Source: Halobacteriovoraceae bacterium (GTDB lineage: Bacteria > Bdellovibrionota > Bacteriovoracia > Bacteriovoracales > Bacteriovoracaceae). From it: a stretch of 64,000 bases of DNA. How positions within the stretch are numbered: position 1 is the stretch's first letter; each line of letters opens with the position of its first letter. The translations under genes were made by a program, and so were the position numbers. The stretch is taken from assembly GCA_963719505.1 (NCBI GenBank), contig CAVRCF010000004.1:192001-256000 (forward strand). The letters are read 5' to 3'. The notes beneath the pieces were generated by a model, which worked only from the letters and a program-made list of their open reading frames with translations, ran no database searches and was not told where the DNA came from. Shown here one piece after another: positions 29,317 through 39,407 of this stretch.

Positions 29317-32300
29317 TTGATTAAGTTAACCGGTATTATTTTTGCCCTCATTTTTATTGTTAGTTGTGGAGGAGATGAAAGCTCTAAAACAAAGCTTGCA
29401 AAGGGAGGAAATGTTCAAGATATCAATGATACCCAAAGTGTTATTGAATCTCTCCAAGAAGAAGTTAAAACTCAAATTGTACAGCTTGAAAGATATCCCT
29501 CATTAACACTTATTCTTATGCCAAAGGGTGAACTTCAAGATTCAATCGAAAAGCTTATTGCTGGTGGCGGAGAGTTAATTTACGATCCTAATAATGGCGC
29601 TTCAAATACAATCCCATTTTTTATAGCAACGCTGACTCCAGAACAAATCAATGACACCAAATTCATGAAGAGTCTTAATTTAAAAGCGGCTTCCATTGAA
29701 TCTCAAAAAAGTGAAGTAAAGCCAATAGAGACAAAAATTATCTCTGGTAATATCTCTCCTGAAAACTTCATTCCAACGCAAAGTGTTCAAATCTCTGAAC
29801 TCGTTAGTGATGAATTCAAAAGAAATGAGCTAGGTGAAGGAATCACAGTTGCAGTTATCGATACCGGTATTGATGCTAGCCATCCAGGTTTTAATGGGAG
29901 AGTTGATTATTGGTATGATGCTTCTGAAGAGGTTCAGGTTGAACTAAAACCTGTTAAATTAACGGCAGAAGGTGAAGTTACTGTCGATAATAGTACTTTC
30001 AAAGCTCCTGTTGGAATCGCCAAAGGTGAGCTTTATGCAGCCGTTATGGATGAAAAAGATTTGTCAGCTCAACTCTCAGCTGACGGAAAAAACTCAACTC
30101 CTTACATGGATATAAACTTTTCAGAAAGTAGCTCGAAATTTTTAGTCATGGCTGTAAAGACAAAAGAAAAAACTTTGGTCTATTTTGATGCAGATGCAGA
30201 TCTTGCTTTCAATAAAAAAGAATCGATTGCTCTGATCGACTATAATAAAACAACGATAAAAAATAGAAATGATGCAATGGTTGAGTTTCCTTCAAGAAAT
30301 TCAATCGTAAAATATCCTGTTCTTATTCAATCAAAAGAGAATTCTTTAATTGTTGGGCTTGGTAAAACAGGTGGAATGCATGGGACTCACGTTGCTGGAA
30401 TTATCGCAGCAAATGACCCTTCAAATAATTTAGTTGGAGTGGCTCCAAAAGCAAAACTTATGGCCTTAAAGGTTTGTACAGCAATCTCTTGTACAGATTC
30501 AGCAATTATAAAAGCCCTCTATAAAAGTTTTTACAACGACAAAGGCCTTATCCCTGACGTTGTGAATATCTCTCTGGGCTCCCATGAAAAGTATAAAAAG
30601 GGAATCTATTCGTATATCCTTGATGATCTCTCAGCAAAGTTTGGAACAATCTTTTTTGTTTCAGCCTCAAACTCAGGTCCCGGATTTAGATCTTTAAATC
30701 ATATCGGTAATACAGGTGCCGTTGTGACTGTTGGGGCAAATGTCTCTAAAAAAACATTAGATGATCAATACAATCTTCCTTCAAGTGCCCAAGTGAATGA
30801 TGAAAATCTTCTTTTCTTCAGCTCACTAGGACCAAGTTATACCTCTGAGATGAAGCCCAACATAATCGCTCCTGGAGCTGCTATATCGACGGTTCTGACT
30901 GCCGAAGGATACCTTTCTCAGGCCAATGGGACGAGTATGTCTTCTCCACTAGCAGCAGGAACAATGGCCGCAATTTTAAGTAGTCTTAAAAAAGAAGATC
31001 AGTCTCTTTTTGATATCATCGATTCACAAAGAAAGATTAATCTTGCTCGCTCAAACGTTTCTGAAAAAACACTTCTTCCGTATGTTTTTGGAATGAGAGA
31101 TGCTCTTCAAGTAACGGCAACAGAACTTCCTGACTTAACAGCGGCTCAACAGGGTTATGGATTAATATCAGCTGGTAAAGCAAGAGGTGAACTTTTAAAA
31201 ATACTAACCGAACTCAATGATAATAGCAGAGACTACTTTGAAGTTGTTCTCAATAATTACGCAAAGACATACGAGAGAGAAAGCATCTCAAAGGTAGTGA
31301 AGTTTGGATTAACGCCAGGTTTTGATGGAGAGAGACCTTTAAGGGATCTTGCTCCAATTCTTGCTGGAGGTGTTGACGTTAAACTTTTTAAAGTTGAGAC
31401 AATTGATTTTAAAGGAAAAGTTTCAAAGCTAAATGATGAAAAGATGCTTAAGTTCTTCTCCATTGTCGACCAAGGTAGCAAAGAGACAAAACTGACCCAA
31501 ACACATGTTCGTTTCAGTAATGGCAGAACTAATGCTTTTTATTCAAGAAGGCACCTCAAGGCGATGAAAAAGGGAATGAGCTATATGGCCCACTATCAAA
31601 TCATGCACAAAGGTGTCGTTGTTCAGAATATTCTGGATACGGTTCATATGGGTTACGAGTTGGAAAAAATAGAGGCTGATGTTCCTTCTATAGATCCAAG
31701 CATCAGTAACGTAAATTCAGGTTTTTTCAAAAAAAATGTAAAGATTGGAACAAATACTTTTCATCGTTATCCGGTTGTTATTGATGATTCAGTTCAGTCG
31801 ATAAATGTCAAAATTGCGATCGATAGATCTTCTGAAGGACTTCTCTATGTTCAACTTTATAATCCAATGGGCAAAGAGGTCGCTTTTCAATATGCAATGA
31901 ATAACCCAATAAATGGATATAGCCAGGGAGACTTTGATGTCTCAACGATTGTGAAAGACAAAGTTTTAGCGGGAGTTTGGGAACTAACTATTTCGACAAG
32001 TTCTTCAACGTGGATGGCAAACTCTCAATATGACCTTTTAGTTTCCACAAATGTTTTTGGTGCTATTAAGTCTTCTTACGATCTAAAAAAAGATGAGCAA
32101 TTAAATGTTCCAATTTCTTTAGATGGAGAGTCGATCTCAAAAGTTTTAGTTCACGAGTTGATGGAGGTTGAAAAAGCAGAAGTTGAAGTTAAAAGTGGAT
32201 TCTATAGTTTTTATCCTCTATCTCTTGATAAGGACTCACTTACAGTTTCTCTTAAAGATGATGAGTCTGGCTTTTGGGGGAATTTGAGAGCGGTTCTTTT

Positions 32301-32721
32301 TAAGAAGGAAGATGGAGTCTTTAAAGCTTTTAAAGAAGGGTATAAGGTTAATTCCGGTGCTGAAGGTACAACTTTTTCAGGTTTGAAAAATCTCAAAGGT
32401 GAAGTTTTTATTGGTATTGATACTATTACAAATTATGCCGTGGAATCAATTAACTCGACGGCAAAGAAAGTTGTCGTGGAATTTGTTTCAAAGTCTGAAG
32501 ACAAAATCGATATCGATCATAAAATTAACTCATTTGTGGCCAATGATATCTCTGTTGTCCAGTTTGATCTGAAAACAGATCTGCCTCAAGGTAAGCATCT
32601 TCGCTCAAAGGTATCTATTTTTACAGGTCGTGTGTCTACGATTACTGACAGCCAAGGGAATATCTTGACGACCATGGAGCCAAAATCAAAATCAGATAGT
32701 TTTATTTTAAATATTAAATAG
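29317..32721 (+). CDS. Subtilisin-family (S8) serine peptidase lipoprotein, TPP II/pyrolysin-like
   Basis: Lipobox IVSC; catalytic IDTGID, HGTHVAG and NGTSMSSP; long insert between Asp and His; SD aggagg before TTG. Confidence 0.92.
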   Translation: MIKLTGIIFALIFIVSCGGDESSKTKLAKGGNVQDINDTQSVIESLQEEVKTQIVQLERYPSLTLILMPKGELQDSIEKLIAGGGELIYDPNNGASNTIPFFIATLTPEQINDTKFMKSLNLKAASIESQKSEVKPIETKIISGNISPENFIPTQSVQISELVSDEFKRNELGEGITVAVIDTGIDASHPGFNGRVDYWYDASEEVQVELKPVKLTAEGEVTVDNSTFKAPVGIAKGELYAAVMDEKDLSAQLSADGKNSTPYMDINFSESSSKFLVMAVKTKEKTLVYFDADADLAFNKKESIALIDYNKTTIKNRNDAMVEFPSRNSIVKYPVLIQSKENSLIVGLGKTGGMHGTHVAGIIAANDPSNNLVGVAPKAKLMALKVCTAISCTDSAIIKALYKSFYNDKGLIPDVVNISLGSHEKYKKGIYSYILDDLSAKFGTIFFVSASNSGPGFRSLNHIGNTGAVVTVGANVSKKTLDDQYNLPSSAQVNDENLLFFSSLGPSYTSEMKPNIIAPGAAISTVLTAEGYLSQANGTSMSSPLAAGTMAAILSSLKKEDQSLFDIIDSQRKINLARSNVSEKTLLPYVFGMRDALQVTATELPDLTAAQQGYGLISAGKARGELLKILTELNDNSRDYFEVVLNNYAKTYERESISKVVKFGLTPGFDGERPLRDLAPILAGGVDVKLFKVETIDFKGKVSKLNDEKMLKFFSIVDQGSKETKLTQTHVRFSNGRTNAFYSRRHLKAMKKGMSYMAHYQIMHKGVVVQNILDTVHMGYELEKIEADVPSIDPSISNVNSGFFKKNVKIGTNTFHRYPVVIDDSVQSINVKIAIDRSSEGLLYVQLYNPMGKEVAFQYAMNNPINGYSQGDFDVSTIVKDKVLAGVWELTISTSSSTWMANSQYDLLVSTNVFGAIKSSYDLKKDEQLNVPISLDGESISKVLVHELMEVEKAEVEVKSGFYSFYPLSLDKDSLTVSLKDDESGFWGNLRAVLFKKEDGVFKAFKEGYKVNSGAEGTTFSGLKNLKGEVFIGIDTITNYAVESINSTAKKVVVEFVSKSEDKIDIDHKINSFVANDISVVQFDLKTDLPQGKHLRSKVSIFTGRVSTITDSQGNILTTMEPKSKSDSFILNIK

Positions 32722-32730
32722 TTTTTTTTT

Positions 32731-32765
32731 TAGCGGCACTTTTAATTAAGTGTCGCTACATTTTT
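32731..32765 (+). terminator. Terminator hairpin between convergent genes
   Basis: tagcggcactt / aagtgtcgcta stem. Confidence 0.65.
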
Positions 32766-33451
32766 CTCAAGTCGATATAGCTTCCGCTTTCAACGCGAAG
32801 GATAGCTTCTAGATTCTCATCAAATTTCTTGGCAAACTCAGCCGGCGTTGGCATATCTTTAGTACCGCGTGCCTCTTTCAATCTTTTCATATTGGAAAAA
32901 CGTTGAGCTTTCTCGTCTTCGCACAGAACTTCTTGCATGGGGGTATCGACAAGGCCTGGGGCAAATGCTGTGAATTGAATGTCTCTATATTCATCGGCGT
33001 ACAGCTGAAAAAGCATATTAAAAGCCGCTTTACTCAAACAGTAGCCACTCCAGCCGGTGTTGCCCTTAATCGCTTTGCCTGAAGATATACCTATTATCTT
33101 TTTAGTTGTTGTCGTTGCAATGAGAATATCTAAAATTTGTTTTTGTGCCCATAGATTTACATCCATTGTATGGCGTAAATCATCAAGCTTAGAATTTTCC
33201 ATCGTTGAAATTTCACCTAGGATACCTGCATTTAAAATGGCCAAGTCTAACTCTTTAGGTAAAAAACCGTTGAGACTTTCAAGGTCTTCATTTTTGGATA
33301 TATCAATTTGAGTGTGATGGATATTTTTGTGAGTATAGGGGAGTTCTCTTCTTGAGATTCCGTAAACCTGAACACCCTTGTCAGCAAAATGCTTGGCCAA
33401 GCCTTGACCTGCACCGCTACTGATTCCGGTAATAAAAATATTTTTCATCAT
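32756..33451 (-). CDS. SDR oxidoreductase (sepiapterin/benzil reductase-like)
   Basis: TGISSGAG, NAG, ISSG, YCLSK, PGLVDTPMQ. Confidence 0.9.
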   Translation of the reverse strand: MMKNIFITGISSGAGQGLAKHFADKGVQVYGISRRELPYTHKNIHHTQIDISKNEDLESLNGFLPKELDLAILNAGILGEISTMENSKLDDLRHTMDVNLWAQKQILDILIATTTTKKIIGISSGKAIKGNTGWSGYCLSKAAFNMLFQLYADEYRDIQFTAFAPGLVDTPMQEVLCEDEKAQRFSNMKRLKEARGTKDMPTPAEFAKKFDENLEAILRVESGSYIDLRKM

Positions 33452-34191
33452 TATTCCTCATCATCCATTAGGTCATCAGTAGGTCTTTCAACTTTATGAA
33501 AATTTATTTTTTCAACCCTAATACCTTCTTTTATTTTTAGCGAGATTCTCTCCATCGCTCTTGGATGGGCCGTAAGGTAGACGTGGAGAATTTTTCTATT
33601 TTTTCCTTGGTCAACGACCTCTTCATACATTTCATCGAGCTCAATTGCTTCTTTAAAAATACATTCGCTTGCAGTTCTTTTTGCACTTCCTCGTGAAAGA
33701 ACCTCCAAATGATAGTACTTATTGGCTTTGACATTTTCGATAATATTATTGATTGGCTTTAACATTCTTAAAACAACTAATACGGTCAATGAGAAGATGG
33801 TTGCAGCGAACGGATAACCTGCTCCAATAGTGTAACCAATAGCAGCGACGACCCAAATGGTTGCAGCTGTCGTTAATCCTATAACATTACCACGACCCTG
33901 GATGATAGCTCCTGCTCCAAGAAAACCGATACCACTAACAATCTGAGCTGCAACTCTATTTGGGTCAACCATACCAGATGCATTTTTTGCTACTATCATA
34001 GATATCGTCGTGTACAGGCATGCCCCAATACAGATAAGAATATTTGTCTTCAATCCGGCCGCTTTCATCTTTTGTTCTCTATCTAGTCCTACCAGTCCAC
34101 CCAAGATGAGTGCTGTTAAGACCTGAATACCGATCCCGACATAGATGTTGACTTGACCGATGAGCTCTAAATTCATTTTTTCTACAAACAT
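33451..34191 (-). CDS. mgtC: MgtC/SapB family protein
   Basis: GLDRE...AAGLKT, RVAAQIVSGIGFLGAG, GLTTAATIW; SD aggag. Confidence 0.9.
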   Translation of the reverse strand: MFVEKMNLELIGQVNIYVGIGIQVLTALILGGLVGLDREQKMKAAGLKTNILICIGACLYTTISMIVAKNASGMVDPNRVAAQIVSGIGFLGAGAIIQGRGNVIGLTTAATIWVVAAIGYTIGAGYPFAATIFSLTVLVVLRMLKPINNIIENVKANKYYHLEVLSRGSAKRTASECIFKEAIELDEMYEEVVDQGKNRKILHVYLTAHPRAMERISLKIKEGIRVEKINFHKVERPTDDLMDDEE

Positions 34192-34395
34192 TTTTTCTCC
34201 TAATGCGTTTATTATAACAAATTTGCTCGGCAAAAAAAATGAGGTAAATATTCGTTTTTACTGATTTTGAAACGAAATGTTCCAAAATTGCCCCAAATCA
34301 TATTAATTTAGTCCACAACCAGGGTATCTTTTACAACTTTGCTATCACCAAATAGAAGCAAGGTGTAGAAAACTAAAAAAAACAAGGAGCTTTCG

Positions 34396-34878
34396 TTGAG
34401 AAAAATATTTCTAAGCGCTTTAATTTTTACACTGAGTTTTGCAGCTTTTGCAAAAGCTGATCTCGCTGAGGTTCGTTGTTCAGTTGAACTTCAAAGCGAG
34501 GGAATTTTAGGTCCAATGATACAGAGAAAAGAGCTCGTGAAAACGGTAAAAATTAGAAAAGCTCTTTTTAACGAAAATAAGCAAAGCGTAAAAATTGCTG
34601 AGATCGTAGAGTTTGATCGATCTTACTCGGTTAAGGTTGAGCTAAAAGAAACTTTAAATGTTGAACTCGGTTCATCTTTGCTTGAGGTTCAAGGGACTTT
34701 ACTCCGACATAGAGTTGGTAATGGAAAAATAGTTTTAGGTGAAAATTTTCAATCTTTTGACTCTGAGTCTTTTAGATTTTCGAATAATATTAATATAGCA
34801 GTAATGAATGATTATTTTAATATAACTAATGAATCCAGTGTTGTTAAAGGGGCATTCATAGAATGTTCTACTCTTTAA
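34396..34878 (+). CDS. Hypothetical secreted protein
   Basis: SD aaggag before TTG; signal peptide. Confidence 0.72.
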   Translation: MRKIFLSALIFTLSFAAFAKADLAEVRCSVELQSEGILGPMIQRKELVKTVKIRKALFNENKQSVKIAEIVEFDRSYSVKVELKETLNVELGSSLLEVQGTLLRHRVGNGKIVLGENFQSFDSESFRFSNNINIAVMNDYFNITNESSVVKGAFIECSTL

Positions 34879-34898
34879 CCTCTCTCAATTGTGTTGTG

Positions 34899-34932
34899 GC
34901 CCCGCAGGTCGTTCTGCGGGGCTCTTTTTTTT
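34899..34932 (+). terminator. Rho-independent terminator
   Basis: gccccgcag / ctgcggggc stem followed by a T-run. Confidence 0.85.
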
Positions 34933-36157
34933 AAGCATCAATCCCATGTTTCTTAGCAATTTTATCAAAGTAGTGCATAACTTTTTTTGCATTGACTCTT
35001 TTTTCGACGTAAGTTCCCGGAAAGAAACTTTTCTTAAAACCATAGGCAACAATATCTTTTAACCTTTTTATCGGTATATCAAAATTATCGACGGCCAAGC
35101 GGTATTCATCTGTGACAGTTGTGTTCGAGACAAGCCTGTTGTCAGTGCATATTGTTGTTGCCATCCTATTTTCCAACATATCTTTAAACTTATGTTCTTT
35201 GATATTTTTCAAATCTGGATTTGTTTGCATATTACTTGTAAGACAGACTTCTATCACTGTTCTTTTGTCTGCAATAAACGAGGCAAGATTATCAATATAT
35301 TCTTTTTTATTTGTGATCTCAGGATCGACAATAAGTTCGGGAATAAAGAGTGAATAGCCATGACCTATTCTATCTGCATAACAGTCGGTGATGGCTTGAA
35401 AGATACTTTCTGCTCCATAAGCCTCTCCGGCGTGAACCGTTTTGTGCATAAAGTGCTTGTGAGCGTATTCGTAGGCTTCTTTGAATTTACTTGGGGGATA
35501 ACCTTCTTCTTGTCCGGCCAGATCAATTCCAACGATAGGCAGACCTAATTCATCTCGCAGTTTTACGCTTGAGCGGGCAAGTTCCATTGAAGCCAGTTGT
35601 ATTACCTGCATAGGCTTAAAATATTTCATAACATTGAACAGGCTTGTGTAGTAGGGAGAGAAGCCATTTGGCCCAAACATTCTCATCGCACAAGAGATAA
35701 TCCCATAATGAAATTGGGGTTTTCCTTCAATCTTAACTTGATCTGAATTATTGTATTCTTTTTGCGCCCTCTCAAGTCCTTTGTTGGCGGCAATGAGAAC
35801 TTGATCCATCCCAAGACCAATTGAGGTGTTCATGAGAAGTTGAGGAGCGAAGCGAACCTCTATGTAATTGACGTTCTCAGCAATATTATCCAAAGCTAAC
35901 TCGTAGCTTGCTTGCTCAATATTTTCAGCATTTCTTAAAACACCACAGGTATACTTAAAACCTTCTAGATATTCGCCCAAGTTAGCATAAGAAGATTTAA
36001 AAACCTTCTCTCTCAAACCATCTTCGCTATAAGCTGGTAAATCAATCTTCATTCTTTTTGCCATCTCAATCATACTTTTTATTCTTAGAGATCCATCGAG
36101 GTGAAGGTGGAGGTCTGACTTGGGAATTTCTCGTAAAAAGTCTGTTGTGTATTGCAT
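34931..36157 (-). CDS. add: Adenosine deaminase family protein
   Basis: PKSDLHLHLDGS, EVRFAP, TVHAGEA, RIGHG, EVCLTSN, ICTDN. Confidence 0.9.
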   Translation of the reverse strand: MQYTTDFLREIPKSDLHLHLDGSLRIKSMIEMAKRMKIDLPAYSEDGLREKVFKSSYANLGEYLEGFKYTCGVLRNAENIEQASYELALDNIAENVNYIEVRFAPQLLMNTSIGLGMDQVLIAANKGLERAQKEYNNSDQVKIEGKPQFHYGIISCAMRMFGPNGFSPYYTSLFNVMKYFKPMQVIQLASMELARSSVKLRDELGLPIVGIDLAGQEEGYPPSKFKEAYEYAHKHFMHKTVHAGEAYGAESIFQAITDCYADRIGHGYSLFIPELIVDPEITNKKEYIDNLASFIADKRTVIEVCLTSNMQTNPDLKNIKEHKFKDMLENRMATTICTDNRLVSNTTVTDEYRLAVDNFDIPIKRLKDIVAYGFKKSFFPGTYVEKRVNAKKVMHYFDKIAKKHGIDA

Positions 36158-36243
36158 AATTTTTCCTTGTGAATTTATTTATTTTTGCATATACAAGGTC
36201 ATTGCACAATTAGATTAGTAACGAACTCCACTTGAGCATAGAT

Positions 36244-36957
36244 ATGGAAAATAAAAAGTTTAGACAAAGACTTCTTTGTCACCTTAAAGGCGTGAATTTA
36301 AATTATAAAGAGCTTCAAGATTTTAGCTCATACTTTGACAAGACGCTTGGTTTTGAAATTGAAAAAATTGAGAACAAACTCGTTAAAAAAGCTAAAGAGC
36401 TCTATCCTGGGGGTTGTTCAAGATCCTGGGGCAAATCTCTCTATCGTGGCAGTCAAACATGGATCGGTCTAGATCCAGATCAATTACAGACAACTTATTG
36501 TGAGTTTTACGAAGCCATAAGTGTTTTGGAACCTAAACCTCGTGAAGTCTTTTGTGATCTGGGGGCTGGCTATGGCAGACTTGGGATATTGATAGGACTT
36601 CTTTTTGAAAAGATAAACTTTGTGGGACTTGAAATTGTGAAAGAGAGAGTTGAAGAGGGTGCTCGCATTTATCAACAGCTTGATCTAGAGAATGTTAAGT
36701 TGTATTGCGAGCCCTTGGTCGCTGGAAAAATTGCAAAAGCCGATTATTATTTTATTTACGATTTTGGAACTGTTGTTGAAATAGATGATGTCTTAAATAA
36801 GTTATCTAAATACGTTAAATATGGAACCATCAAAATTATAGCAAGGGGCAGAGGGGTGAGAACTTTGATCAATAATAAACATCCCTGGTTGAGTGATATT
36901 TATCAAAGTTTTGAAAACTCTTTTGTGATCTATTCTTCTGGTCCAAAATGTGCTTGA
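36244..36957 (+). CDS. Class I SAM-dependent methyltransferase
   Basis: FCDLGAGYGRL, GLEIV..R, YFIYDF. Confidence 0.8.
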   Translation: MENKKFRQRLLCHLKGVNLNYKELQDFSSYFDKTLGFEIEKIENKLVKKAKELYPGGCSRSWGKSLYRGSQTWIGLDPDQLQTTYCEFYEAISVLEPKPREVFCDLGAGYGRLGILIGLLFEKINFVGLEIVKERVEEGARIYQQLDLENVKLYCEPLVAGKIAKADYYFIYDFGTVVEIDDVLNKLSKYVKYGTIKIIARGRGVRTLINNKHPWLSDIYQSFENSFVIYSSGPKCA

Positions 36958-37460
36958 AATTCACTTTCGGTGAGGGCGTTTAGTTTCTTTTCGTTGGCCA
37001 AACTTATTTCTGTTGCCTGTTCAGGTGACAGATCGAGATCAGTAATACTTTGGACTTTTAAAAGATGGACAAGAGGATGAGGGGATCTGTTGACATAATT
37101 GGCTTTATCGTCGTGTTCTAGATTTTCAAAACAAAATTCAGGATGGAACCCCACCACTTGAATGTCAGTTCCAAAACCAGCTTCTTCGAGGTTGTCATTG
37201 AGAGCACCGATAAAGTTATTAAAGTCAAAAAAATCACCGACAAAGTTGGGTGCGACTAAGAGAGTCGTTTCAAAAGTATCGAGCCTAATGAGGGAGTCGA
37301 CTTCTTGAATGAACTCTTCGTAGAGATCTTCCAAATCGCTTGTTTCACAAATGTTAAGCTTTATCTTCTTGTTCTCAAATGGACTCTTCGCGTAAGGACA
37401 CAGATCAAGCCCAATTATAGTCTTTTCTAACCAATCATTTATTATCTGTTCATAATTCAT
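36930..37460 (-). CDS. DUF1415 family protein
   Basis: IIGLDLCPYA, ETTLLV, QVVGFHP, NRSPHP. Confidence 0.9.
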   Translation of the reverse strand: MNYEQIINDWLEKTIIGLDLCPYAKSPFENKKIKLNICETSDLEDLYEEFIQEVDSLIRLDTFETTLLVAPNFVGDFFDFNNFIGALNDNLEEAGFGTDIQVVGFHPEFCFENLEHDDKANYVNRSPHPLVHLLKVQSITDLDLSPEQATEISLANEKKLNALTESEFQAHFGPEE

Positions 37461-37524
37461 GCTTATATCTTTACAGTTTTATTATACGAAGTCACAATAA
37501 TTAAAACATTAATTAGGAGACCTT

Positions 37525-38409
37525 ATGACTTATTCTTTTAAAACCTCTTTGGTTCTGTTCTTGACCTTAGCTTTTATCTTTACTGGATGTGCATCAAACC
37601 GAACTTCAGGTTTCTTTAAATCAGGTGATAAAGTTTCTTTGTCTAATGAAGAAACAAAATCTCTCAAAAGCAAAGCTTTAGTCCTATGGAATAAAAGGCA
37701 TGAAAAAGAGAGCCTCGAAAAAGCGATAGAAGCCTATCAAAAATTAGCGAACTCAACAGAAAATAATTACGAATATCTATCTCGTTTGTCGAGAGCTCAT
37801 TATTTTCTTGCAGATGCTCATTATGATGAAATGGAAAAAAAGAAAAAATATTGGGAGATGGGAACAAGCTTTGGAGAAAAAGCGATGGCGACCAACTCTA
37901 AGTTTAAAGAGGCAATGGCAAAAGAAGGAGCAAAGGTTGAAGATCATTTAGATATCCTGGGTGCCGAAGAGATCGCAGCTATGTACTGGACAGCTTCAAA
38001 CCTTGGGAAGTGGGCCAAAAACTCTGGAATTGCAACGACTTTAAAATACAAAACATTAATTAAAGCCCTTATCTCTAAAGTAGAGAGCTTAGATAGAACT
38101 TTCTTTTACTATGCACCTGATCGCTATTGGGGAGCCTTCTTTGCCATTGCTCCAGGATTTGCTGGTGGAGATATGGATAAGAGTAAAAAGAGATTTGAAA
38201 GAAATCTTAAAGAGGCACCAAGTTACCTAGGAACAAAGGTTCTTTTTGCAGACTACTATATGGTAAAAGAAGAAGATAAAGAGTCATTTAAAAGACTTTT
38301 AAATGAAGTTATCAATTCAAATGTAAATGATCCTAAGATTTTTTCAGAAAACTTTATTGAAAAAATGAAAGCTAGGAAACTATTGAAAAATATGGATGAA
38401 ATCTTTTAG
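37525..38409 (+). CDS. TRAP-associated TatT-family (TPR-like) lipoprotein
   Basis: Lipobox FTGC; all-helical; P.FAGGD..KS...FE motif; directly upstream of dctPQM. Confidence 0.8.
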   Translation: MTYSFKTSLVLFLTLAFIFTGCASNRTSGFFKSGDKVSLSNEETKSLKSKALVLWNKRHEKESLEKAIEAYQKLANSTENNYEYLSRLSRAHYFLADAHYDEMEKKKKYWEMGTSFGEKAMATNSKFKEAMAKEGAKVEDHLDILGAEEIAAMYWTASNLGKWAKNSGIATTLKYKTLIKALISKVESLDRTFFYYAPDRYWGAFFAIAPGFAGGDMDKSKKRFERNLKEAPSYLGTKVLFADYYMVKEEDKESFKRLLNEVINSNVNDPKIFSENFIEKMKARKLLKNMDEIF

Positions 38410-38417
38410 GAGAAATA

Positions 38418-39407
38418 ATGAAATACTTAATTGCACTGATTCTTATTTTAAACACAAACTTGGCTTTTTCTAAAAAGGTTAAGTTTGGAACGGTAGCTCC
38501 TGCTGGAACGCCTTGGGCCCAGACACTCGAAGATATTAAAAAGAGAGTCAAGAAAGCGAGTGGAAATAAACTCAATATAAAAACCTATCTAGGTGGACAG
38601 CTCGGTGGTGAGTTGGAGATTCTTCAAAAAATCAGAAGAGGAAATATTCAAGGTGGAGGTTTAACTTCTGCTGCTATGGCCTCAGTTGTTCCAGAGCTAG
38701 ATGTTTTAGAACTTCCTTACCTTTTCGATAGTTATGAAGAAGCTGATTATATTTTAGATAATCATCTTTTCGAAGTCTTTGAGAAACTCTTTTTAGAAAA
38801 AGACTTAGTTCTTATCTCTTGGGCAGAAAATGGCTGGAGAAATATTGGGCATAAGTCAAAAGCTATCCTTGGACCAAAAGACTTAGAGGGTGAAAAAATG
38901 AGATCTCAGGAGTCGAAGGTTCATCTGGCTTTTTGGAAAGCTATTAAAGCATCTCCTCAAGCCATTTCTACAGCTGAAACTCTTCCGGCCCTACAGACAG
39001 GTGTTGTTCAAGGCTTTGATAACACACCTCTTTTTACTCTTGCAGCTGAATGGCATACAGCGATTAAACACTTTTCTATGACGGGGCATATTTATCAGCC
39101 AGCGGCAATCATTTATAGCAAGCGTTTTTGGGATAAGGTCTCAGTTGAAGACAAAAAGATTTTGACGGATAGAGGTCGCGACCTTGCTCCAGAATCAAGA
39201 ATTGCTGTCCGTGCTTTAGGCGAAGAGCTTGTCGGTGTACTCGAGGGTTCAGGAATAAAGGTCTACAAACTTTCAGAAGATCAAAAAGAAAGCTTTAAAA
39301 AAGTTTTAGTGCCTCTTCATTCTCAAATGGTGAAATCTATAGGATCTGAAGCTCAATTAATTTACGACATCATAGTCAAAGCCAAAAAAGAGTTTAAAAA
39401 CAAGTAA
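38418..39407 (+). CDS. dctP: TRAP transporter substrate-binding protein
   Basis: GTVAPAGTPW, GGQLGGE, ENGWR, ALQTGVVQG. Confidence 0.92.
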   Translation: MKYLIALILILNTNLAFSKKVKFGTVAPAGTPWAQTLEDIKKRVKKASGNKLNIKTYLGGQLGGELEILQKIRRGNIQGGGLTSAAMASVVPELDVLELPYLFDSYEEADYILDNHLFEVFEKLFLEKDLVLISWAENGWRNIGHKSKAILGPKDLEGEKMRSQESKVHLAFWKAIKASPQAISTAETLPALQTGVVQGFDNTPLFTLAAEWHTAIKHFSMTGHIYQPAAIIYSKRFWDKVSVEDKKILTDRGRDLAPESRIAVRALGEELVGVLEGSGIKVYKLSEDQKESFKKVLVPLHSQMVKSIGSEAQLIYDIIVKAKKEFKNK

